Shown here in pieces: positions 57,266 to 64,000 of a stretch of DNA of 64,000 bases. The notes beneath the pieces were generated by a model. The model had not been told where the DNA came from. It did not search any database and worked only from the letters and a program-made list of their open reading frames with translations. Origin of the DNA: an uncultured SAR116 cluster alpha proteobacterium (GTDB lineage: Bacteria; Pseudomonadota; Alphaproteobacteria; Puniceispirillales; GCA-002684695). Position numbers and translations under genes: made by a program. Positions within the stretch are counted from its first letter, which is position 1. Every line of letters begins with the position of its first letter. Location: positions 90,355 to 154,354 of the forward strand of contig CACMFN010000004.1 of NCBI GenBank assembly GCA_902612965.1, read 5' to 3'.

Positions 57266-58597
57266 TTAATCTACAGGCAAGCCGCTTGGAACACTCTCTG
57301 GTCTTCCAATTGGACGATTATTGCCATTTTTGTCAGTAAGAGTATTTAAAAAGTCTATTATGTAATCAATTTCAATATCCTCGAGTTTAACCTTATCAAT
57401 GTCAATTCTGGAGAGTAGTCTACGTTTTTCTCTTTTGTCTTTAAATACAACAAAGTCTATTGTTTCAAGCCAGGGTGCTTGTGTAAGATTTGCTTTATCT
57501 GGTGTCCATTTATTATACATAACTATAGGGTCTAAATGATGTTTTATAATTTCTTTTATAGTTGGATATGCTCCATTATGGCCATATGGTGCGGTAAGGG
57601 TAATGTTTCTTAAAGTAGGGGTTCTAAACTTATACATGTCTTTCAAGTTATCACTTTCAGCCATTCTTCCTACGTCTCTTGTATAAGGATCGAATAATCT
57701 TGTTCTTCCTGGTCCAAATTGCGGCAAAGCAATTGAATAAAAGTTTTGATCAGTGAAAAGAGAACCTGAATGGCAAGTAGAGCAATTTGCTTTACCATAA
57801 AACAAATTCATACCTTTTAATTGGTTACTTGTAAGCGCTGAGGCATTACCTCTTAAATAATCATCAAATGGTGTATCATAAGACGCCCATTCAGAAATAA
57901 TAAAAGCTGCTATAGAATTTACTATATGAGAAATTTCTATATCTCTAAAATCGTCAATATCATCAAAAGCATATTTAAAAAGTTCAACGTATTTTTGATT
58001 AGATCTAATTCTATTTGTTATCGCGGGCCATGCTGTATCAATTTTTCTATGCGCTAATCCGATTATCTCATTTTCTCCAAAGTTTCCTGCCATTTCAAAT
58101 TGTTTTGTCATTGGAAATAAAGCTTGAACTGCAAGAATGTTATCTAAATCTGGCGGAAGCCATTCTTGAGCAGGGGTGTTAAATTCATTGCCATAAATAT
58201 TTGAAATGCTTATGCTTCCATCATGAAGAAGAGTATTTATTTCTTTTGCGCCTAAGTTCCATAATGCTAGAGAATTTCTTGGAACTCTTTTCTTTATTTT
58301 ATGAATTCCTTTTCCTGCATCTCTATTAGGTCCAACACCATTTCCTCCTTCTCCAATGCCTAATGCAAGTCCATCTGAGCTTCCAAAATCATGATGATGA
58401 CATGTGCCGCATGATATATTCTGATTTCCCGAGAGTATTTTGTCATAAAATAATAAACTCCCTAGTTTTGCTTTCTTGGGATCTGAGTAATGAAAATCAC
58501 TTTTTTCTAATGGTTTAGGTAATTCTAAGGAATGAGATTGGTTTAGGTTCAAAAATACTATAAATATACTCTGAAAGGTTAAAAAATGTTTAAGAAT
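57266..58597 (-). CDS. Di-haem cytochrome c peroxidase family protein (5' end uncertain)
   Basis: Haem motifs CGTCHH and CSTCHSG. The signal-like ILKHFLTFQSIFIVFLNLNQSHS begins at an ATT codon (58597). The track's upstream 150 codons are antisense to a real Sel1 gene and are discarded. Confidence 0.8.
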   Translation of the reverse strand: MLKHFLTFQSIFIVFLNLNQSHSLELPKPLEKSDFHYSDPKKAKLGSLLFYDKILSGNQNISCGTCHHHDFGSSDGLALGIGEGGNGVGPNRDAGKGIHKIKKRVPRNSLALWNLGAKEINTLLHDGSISISNIYGNEFNTPAQEWLPPDLDNILAVQALFPMTKQFEMAGNFGENEIIGLAHRKIDTAWPAITNRIRSNQKYVELFKYAFDDIDDFRDIEISHIVNSIAAFIISEWASYDTPFDDYLRGNASALTSNQLKGMNLFYGKANCSTCHSGSLFTDQNFYSIALPQFGPGRTRLFDPYTRDVGRMAESDNLKDMYKFRTPTLRNITLTAPYGHNGAYPTIKEIIKHHLDPIVMYNKWTPDKANLTQAPWLETIDFVVFKDKREKRRLLSRIDIDKVKLEDIEIDYIIDFLNTLTDKNGNNRPIGRPESVPSGLPVD

Positions 58598-59059
58598 ATT
58601 TTTATTTTTTTGATTTTTATTCCTATAGTTGCATTTGCAGAACTCGAAAATGCTAGAGATCTTATGGAAGAGGGAAAGTTCAAGGAAGCAATGCAAGAGT
58701 TGCTTCCAGCTGCAAGATCTGGAAACGCAGAAGCTGAGGAGCTTATTGGAGTAATGTATGCAATGGGCCTTGGTGTTGAAAGAGACGATGTTCGAGCATT
58801 TGAATGGTATTTGCGCGCGTCTTTGAAGGGACATCCTGGTGCTCAATCTGGTATTGGATGGTATTATGAAATTGGACGAGGTTTGCCTGCGCCTGATCTG
58901 ATTAGGGCATATACTTGGTATGTTTTGTCTGCAATTGGCGGTGACCCTGATGCTGCTATATCCCAGGAAGAGGTAATAAAAAAAATGACACCTGAAGAGA
59001 TTGAGAAAGCTCATATACTGATTGATGATTACAAGGCTTGGATATATCCATTTCAATAA
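58586..59059 (+). CDS. Sel1-repeat exported protein
   Basis: Signal MFKNIFIFLIFIPIVAFA followed by Sel1 repeats (GNAEAEELIGVMYAMGLGVERDDVRAFEWYLRASLKGHPGAQSGIGWYY). Confidence 0.85.
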   Translation: MFKNIFIFLIFIPIVAFAELENARDLMEEGKFKEAMQELLPAARSGNAEAEELIGVMYAMGLGVERDDVRAFEWYLRASLKGHPGAQSGIGWYYEIGRGLPAPDLIRAYTWYVLSAIGGDPDAAISQEEVIKKMTPEEIEKAHILIDDYKAWIYPFQ

Positions 59060-59061
59060 AC

Positions 59062-59095
59062 AAAGGGGGCAAAAAAATGCCCCCTTTAAAAAAGA
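59062..59095. terminator. Bidirectional rho-independent terminator
   Basis: AAAGGGGGCA (59062-59071) pairs perfectly with TGCCCCCTTT (59078-59087) around an A6 loop. It is flanked by A/T runs and lies between convergent genes. Confidence 0.85.
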
Positions 59096-59096
59096 T

Positions 59097-60182
59097 TTAA
59101 TTTAAATCTTTACTGTAAGCGTCTGACATTCTGCCCTCTGCATCTGCTACTGCAGAAGTCAATGCATCAAATACTTCAGGTCCGCCCTTTACGTTAGTCT
59201 TAAACCAATCATAAACAGGAGAGGCCGCCTCTTTGAACATTGCCTTTTGAGCTGGTGAAGGAACATATAAATTACCTCCCCCTGCAACAAAATCTTCATA
59301 TGCTTGAATTGATTTCCTCTTTGGTGAAGCAAAAGTTGCTTGTTGCAATGCATAAAAACCATCAGTAATAACTCTCTGAAGATCTTTTGGCATTGATTGA
59401 TACTTAGCATTATTCATCCACCATAAAGCTCCCATATACGCATGGCCATCAAGAGTTACATACTGAAGTCCTGCATCAGGAAATTTCATATTCATAATGT
59501 CAGTAATTCCATTTTTTGAGCCTTCAACAACACCTGTTTGAAATGAAGTAAATAGCTCTGGCCATGGAATTGGTGTTGGAGATGCGCCTAAAGCTTTAAC
59601 TAATACTTGAGGTAAGTCAGCTACAACAGTTCTTATTTTTAGTCCCTTCATATCTGATGGCTCTGCAATTTGTCTTTTGGTGTTTGCAAAATTTCTCCAT
59701 CCACCTGTATTACCAATTGTCATTAGCCTAATCGTATCTCCAGAGTCTTTAAGAGCCATGGATCTCACTGTTCTTACAAAATCACTTTGCATAACATCCT
59801 CTGCAATTCTGTCATCAGCCATTAAATATGGTAAATCAAGAACCTGCACATATGGAAACACACCTGCAGCACCACCGGAAGTTGATATATATATATCTAT
59901 GCTACCATCAGATACACCTTGTAGACACTCAGCTCCTTTGGAGCAAAGTTGTGTGCCTACAAATAGCTCAACTGAAATTGCACCATTTGAAGCTGATTCA
60001 ACATAGTTCTTGAAAACTATTGATCCATCATAGTCTTCATCTTGATCATTAGAGTTCATAGTCATTCTCAAATTATAATCTGCAGCATTAGCAACAGTTG
60101 AGAGACTAAAAATAGTCGAAATAATAAAAAAAGATTTTAAAATTTTATTTAAAAACAAGAATACCTCCCTTTGTTTTAACAT
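59097..60182 (-). CDS. TRAP transporter substrate-binding protein (DctP family)
   Basis: Signal peptide ending in ANA, about 360 aa, adjacent to the DctQ and DctM genes. Confidence 0.88.
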   Translation of the reverse strand: MLKQREVFLFLNKILKSFFIISTIFSLSTVANAADYNLRMTMNSNDQDEDYDGSIVFKNYVESASNGAISVELFVGTQLCSKGAECLQGVSDGSIDIYISTSGGAAGVFPYVQVLDLPYLMADDRIAEDVMQSDFVRTVRSMALKDSGDTIRLMTIGNTGGWRNFANTKRQIAEPSDMKGLKIRTVVADLPQVLVKALGASPTPIPWPELFTSFQTGVVEGSKNGITDIMNMKFPDAGLQYVTLDGHAYMGALWWMNNAKYQSMPKDLQRVITDGFYALQQATFASPKRKSIQAYEDFVAGGGNLYVPSPAQKAMFKEAASPVYDWFKTNVKGGPEVFDALTSAVADAEGRMSDAYSKDLN

Positions 60183-60253
60183 ATGATTTAAAAAATATCA
60201 TATATTTTTATAGTATCAAATTTATTAATTTATTTTGTTTAAATGATAAAATC

Positions 60254-61543
60254 TCATTTAGCAAAGCCTGTCAACAATGGAATTGTCATTGATAATGATG
60301 GGAAATAAGTAATTAAAAAAATCACTATAATTTCAACCGCTAAGAAAGGTAATATTGCTTTGGCAATTGTCTCAACCCTCTCTCCAGAAACTGAAGATGC
60401 AACAAATAAAACTAATCCCATTGGAGGTGTTGCTAGACCAACTGTTAAATTTACTGACATTATTATTGCAAAGTGAACAGGGTGAACCCCCAAGTCTGTA
60501 AATACTGGTCCTAAAATAGGACCTAAAATAATAATTGCAGGTCCTGCATCAAGGAACATTCCTACTACAAAAAGCAGTATGTTAATTAAAAAAAGAAGAA
60601 TATATGGATTATCACTTAAAGACAAAACGAAATCAGCTAAATGCTCTGGTGCATGTGACAGACTTACAACAGTTTTAAAAGCCATTGCAGCACCAACTAA
60701 AAGTAGAACAACAGATGAAACTAATGCTGCTTTTTGAAAAACTTTAGGTACATCTTTAAATTCTAAACTTTTTATAACAAATAGACCTATAAAAAGTGCA
60801 TAAGCAGCAGCAACAGCAGATGCTTCAGTTGGGGTAAATATTCCTCCTAAAATCCCTCCCAGTATAATAACGGGTGTCATAAGTGGGAAAAAAGCTTTCA
60901 GAGATGCTTTTCCTCTTTCACCCCAAGAATATTTAGCTGTTGCTGGTGGGAAGTTATATCTGTCTGCCATTAATCTTACTACTATCATAAGACTAATTCC
61001 GACCAACACGCCCGGAACAATTCCAGCTAAAAACAAAGCAGCAACACTTTCGCCCATAACGTATGCATAAATAATCATTATTCCTGATGGAGGTATAATT
61101 GGGCCGATAACAGAACTTGCAGCAGTAATAGCTGCAGCAAACTTTTTTGAATACCCTTGTTTTTCCATTGCGGGTATTAGCATTGAACCTATTGCTGATG
61201 TATCAGCCACTGCAGACCCAGATAATCCAGCAAACAGTATAGATGATAGAATATTCACATGAGCAAGTCCGCCTCGTAAATGCCCCATCATTGCCTGGCT
61301 AAATTCCACTAGCCTTAATGTTATTCCTCCTCTATTCATTAATTCGCCAGCCAACATAAAAAAAGGTATTGCCATTAAAGGAAAACTGTCTATGCCATTA
61401 TAAATATTCCTGTAAAGCATGGCCGCATCTCTAGCTTGACCGTTAAGCCATAATAAAATACCAGGGGCAGCTAAAAGACTAAAAAATACTGGAAGTCCAA
61501 CTAAAAGAAAAATTAAGAACAGTGGCAAAAACCAAACAAGCAT
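60254..61543 (-). CDS. TRAP transporter large permease (DctM family)
   Basis: 429 aa polytopic protein with FFMLAGELMNRGGIT. Confidence 0.93.
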   Translation of the reverse strand: MLVWFLPLFLIFLLVGLPVFFSLLAAPGILLWLNGQARDAAMLYRNIYNGIDSFPLMAIPFFMLAGELMNRGGITLRLVEFSQAMMGHLRGGLAHVNILSSILFAGLSGSAVADTSAIGSMLIPAMEKQGYSKKFAAAITAASSVIGPIIPPSGIMIIYAYVMGESVAALFLAGIVPGVLVGISLMIVVRLMADRYNFPPATAKYSWGERGKASLKAFFPLMTPVIILGGILGGIFTPTEASAVAAAYALFIGLFVIKSLEFKDVPKVFQKAALVSSVVLLLVGAAMAFKTVVSLSHAPEHLADFVLSLSDNPYILLFLINILLFVVGMFLDAGPAIIILGPILGPVFTDLGVHPVHFAIIMSVNLTVGLATPPMGLVLFVASSVSGERVETIAKAILPFLAVEIIVIFLITYFPSLSMTIPLLTGFAK

Positions 61544-61544
61544 T

Positions 61545-62078
61545 TTAAACCCCTAAATGCTCCTTATTTTTGTCTATTGGTAAGTTAATTTCAGTATTAA
61601 AAGTTAAGATTATTTTTTTTAATATTAATTCAATATTTACTAAAATTAGAAGGAAAATTCCTACTGGTAGTGACATATACATCCAAGCAAGTTTTATTGA
61701 TTTTTGCTCACCTCCAATTAAATCAAGGGGAACTTTTAAAGATGATGAATTAAAAATCCAACCAATTTTTATGTGTTGCAAACCTAATTGAAAACCAATT
61801 AATAGAATGGTTAGAGATAATACAAGTAAAAAAATAATTAGCATATTTTCAAGCAATTTTGGCAGAAGTTGTGGTAGCATTTCAATTGAAACAAATCCTC
61901 CCCATCTATAAGCTGACGGTGCTATGAAACCTGTCATCCATAGCATCAAAAAACGTGCTAATTCATCTGGCCAGGGTAATGCATTATTTAGAACGTAACG
62001 AAAAAAAACTTGAAGTAAAATCACAATCACCATCAGAAATATAGCTATCCACGCTAAGTTCCTTCCTATTTTAAGCAA
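61545..62078 (-). CDS. TRAP transporter small permease (DctQ family)
   Basis: Four TM segments in 177 aa, immediately upstream of the large permease. Confidence 0.85.
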   Translation of the reverse strand: MLKIGRNLAWIAIFLMVIVILLQVFFRYVLNNALPWPDELARFLMLWMTGFIAPSAYRWGGFVSIEMLPQLLPKLLENMLIIFLLVLSLTILLIGFQLGLQHIKIGWIFNSSSLKVPLDLIGGEQKSIKLAWMYMSLPVGIFLLILVNIELILKKIILTFNTEINLPIDKNKEHLGV

Positions 62079-62245
62079 AAATGAATTTAAATATTCTAAA
62101 GTACTATAGATTTTAATTAAAAGTCTAATTCAAGTCTCCTGAAAGCATATTTATTGTTAAAGTCATATATAAACTATTAACTAAAAATTAATTCAAGTTT
62201 ATTATTGGATGATTAAAAGAAATTTTTAGAAGAAAGTTAGAGCGA

Positions 62246-63328
62246 ATGAGTGAATTAAAATATGCAATTATTGGTTCAGGAACAATGGGCCAGGAACATA
62301 TAAAAAATATTAACCTCATTGATAATGCTGAAGTTGTTGCTATTTGTGATCGTCACGAAAAATCAATTGATTTAAGTAAAAAATTATTGAAAAACAAAGT
62401 TAATATATTTGATAGCCATATTGATTTGATCGAAGCAGAAATTGCAGATGCATATGTAGTAGCTACACCAAATTTTACTCACATCGAAATTTTGAAAGAT
62501 TTATTGAAAACTAAAGCGCATCTTTTAGTGGAAAAACCATTTTGTACTTCAGTTGATGACTGTCTTGAAATTAAAAAGCTCGCTAAAGATTATCCAAGCG
62601 TTATCTGGACAGCTATGGAATACAGGTATATGCCTCCTGTTGCTAAGTTAATTAATGAAGTATCCAAAGGCACTATTGGGAGTTTAAAAATGTTGTCTAT
62701 AAGGGAGCATCGGTTTCCATTTCTTGTTAAAGTAAATGATTGGAATAGATTTTCAAAAAATACTGGTGGAACTATGGTTGAGAAATGCTGTCATTTTTTT
62801 GATTTAATGAGATTAATATCAAAAAGTGAAGCCTTGAGTGTTTTTGCCAGTGGTAATCAAGCCGTTAATCACCTTGAAGAGAATTATCATGGTAAAAAAC
62901 CAGATATCATTGATAATGCATTCGTAGTTGTAGATTTTCAGAATGGTGTTAGAGCAAGTCTAGATCTATGCATGTTTGCAGAAAACTCCAATTTTCAAGA
63001 AGAAATCTGTGGTGTAGGGGATAAAGGTAAAATTGAAACTTTTGTACCTTCAGATGCTTCTGGGAAAAATTCGTCAGAATTGATAATTGGTTTGAGAGGG
63101 AAAGAAAAAATATATTCAGAAACTGTTGTAGTGGACGAAGATATTTTAGATGCTGGAAGTCATCACGGATCTACATTTTATGAACATAAGGGATTTATAA
63201 AAGCAATCCAAAATAATACTGAAGCTGAAGTTACTCTAGATGATGGTCTTAAGGCAGTGGCAATTGGCCAAGCCGCAGAGTTATCAATTAAGGAAAAAAG
63301 AGTTGTAAAGTTAAGTGAACTTTTATAA
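62246..63328 (+). CDS. Gfo/Idh/MocA-family oxidoreductase
   Basis: Rossmann motif YAIIGSGTMGQEH and the VEKP motif. Confidence 0.9.
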   Translation: MSELKYAIIGSGTMGQEHIKNINLIDNAEVVAICDRHEKSIDLSKKLLKNKVNIFDSHIDLIEAEIADAYVVATPNFTHIEILKDLLKTKAHLLVEKPFCTSVDDCLEIKKLAKDYPSVIWTAMEYRYMPPVAKLINEVSKGTIGSLKMLSIREHRFPFLVKVNDWNRFSKNTGGTMVEKCCHFFDLMRLISKSEALSVFASGNQAVNHLEENYHGKKPDIIDNAFVVVDFQNGVRASLDLCMFAENSNFQEEICGVGDKGKIETFVPSDASGKNSSELIIGLRGKEKIYSETVVVDEDILDAGSHHGSTFYEHKGFIKAIQNNTEAEVTLDDGLKAVAIGQAAELSIKEKRVVKLSELL

Positions 63329-64000
63329 GAGGCTTTCTCTCCATTTAAGACCTGATACTGTATCTTTTAATGGGTTATACTCACAACCTATAAAACCAGT
63401 ATAATTTAATCTTTCAATTAATTTGAAAACATATTTATAGTCTAGTTCACTTTGATCAGGTTCATTCCTGTTAGGTATCCCAGCGATTTGAATATGGCCT
63501 ATGTATGCTTGAAACTTTTCAAAGTATTTTGAAACATCACCTCTAATTATTTGGTGATGATAAATATCAAAAAGTAAATAAATATTATCTCTCTCGATCT
63601 TATCAATAATTTCTATTGCCTGATCAGTTGAAGAGAGAAAATAATTTGGAATGTTTCTTTGATTTATTGGCTCAATAAGTAAATTAATATTATGTTTATC
63701 AAATTCATCACAGGCCCATTTTAAGTTTTCTATATAAACCTTTTTAGCATTTAAAATATTTTCTTTTTCTGAAATACCAGACATAACATGGATTTTGTTA
63801 CACTGAAAAATTTTTGCGTAACTAATTGCTTCTATTATAGATTTTTTGAAATCGTCTTTTCTTTTTTCCAAGCATGCTAAACCTCTGTCACCATTTCCAA
63901 AATCACCGGGTGGAGAGTTAAAAATAGTTAAAATCAACTTATTTTTATCTATTTCTTTCTTTATTGTTTGAGCCTCAATATCATATGGAAATTGAAATTC
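63323..64000 (-). CDS. hyi: Hydroxypyruvate isomerase-like TIM-barrel protein (5' end outside the window)
   Basis: EFQFPYDIEA...LTIFNSPPGDFGNGDRGLA...LLIEPIN...IGHIQIAGIPNRNEPD...GFIGCEYNP aligns with E. coli Hyi. The frame stays open to position 64000, upstream of the track's TTG. Confidence 0.85.
   Translation of the reverse strand, partial: EFQFPYDIEAQTIKKEIDKNKLILTIFNSPPGDFGNGDRGLACLEKRKDDFKKSIIEAISYAKIFQCNKIHVMSGISEKENILNAKKVYIENLKWACDEFDKHNINLLIEPINQRNIPNYFLSSTDQAIEIIDKIERDNIYLLFDIYHHQIIRGDVSKYFEKFQAYIGHIQIAGIPNRNEPDQSELDYKYVFKLIERLNYTGFIGCEYNPLKDTVSGLKWRESLL

Noticed and set aside
58598-59056. N-terminal 150 codons of the 596-aa minus-strand ORF (57266..59056)
   Set aside because: The segment is entirely antisense to a Sel1-repeat gene that has a signal peptide and canonical repeats. 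It is Cys/Ser/Phe-rich low-complexity sequence with no peroxidase similarity, so I treat it as a shadow ORF.
1-64000. CRISPR arrays, rRNA genes, transposase/IS elements, reverse transcriptase/retron or DGR components
   Set aside because: No regularly spaced direct repeats, no rRNA-like sequence, and no transposase, RT or Cas-like translations appear in the ORF set or the intergenic regions I examined.

Overview
AT-rich bacterial chromosome segment. The core gene content looks alphaproteobacterial and SAR11/Pelagibacterales-like; this is an inference from UPF0262, DUF2948, DUF1013, DUF1192, the COQ9-like/rpsU divergent pair, split pntA, TRAP transport and osmolyte-type catabolic genes. Positions 1-26274 form an accessory island that abuts the 3' end of tRNA-Phe(GAA). 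From the tRNA outward the island contains: (1) an AlpA-like regulator and a PrimPol/D5-type primase-helicase; (2) a block with an ARPP-1-like protein, an ECF-like sigma factor, an unknown protein and an HTH-membrane protein; (3) a three-gene module that I cannot assign to any named system, made of an RtcR-like CARF/pseudo-AAA+/Fis-HTH regulator, a coiled-coil ABC ATPase with a DUF3696-type tail and a MIT_C/PLD-like protein; (4) a divergent six-gene Mza-like cassette (DUF2130, GHKL ATPase, Z1, PD-(D/E)XK, AIPR); (5) a Type II C5-methyltransferase (HTH-fused, with a palindromic operator), a candidate endonuclease and Vsr; (6) a small operon of unknown protein/MerR-like/GGCT-like genes facing an HD-domain gene; (7) the truncated 5' end of a helicase-nuclease gene. 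No integrase or CRISPR array is visible. Positions 26275-64000 are housekeeping and metabolic genes: yacG, rng, maf, infA, murA, purEK, metA, rpsU, pntAB, pepF, an acyl-CoA ligase, a DmdA-like/BKACE pair, a sugar isomerase/aldolase/kinase cassette, a TRAP transporter and hyi. The clearest non-protein finding is a 196-nt group I (Azoarcus-like, IC3-type) intron that interrupts the anticodon loop of tRNA-Thr(GGU) at 31740-31935. Functional calls come from motifs read in the supplied translations and from remembered family signatures. No database search was run.
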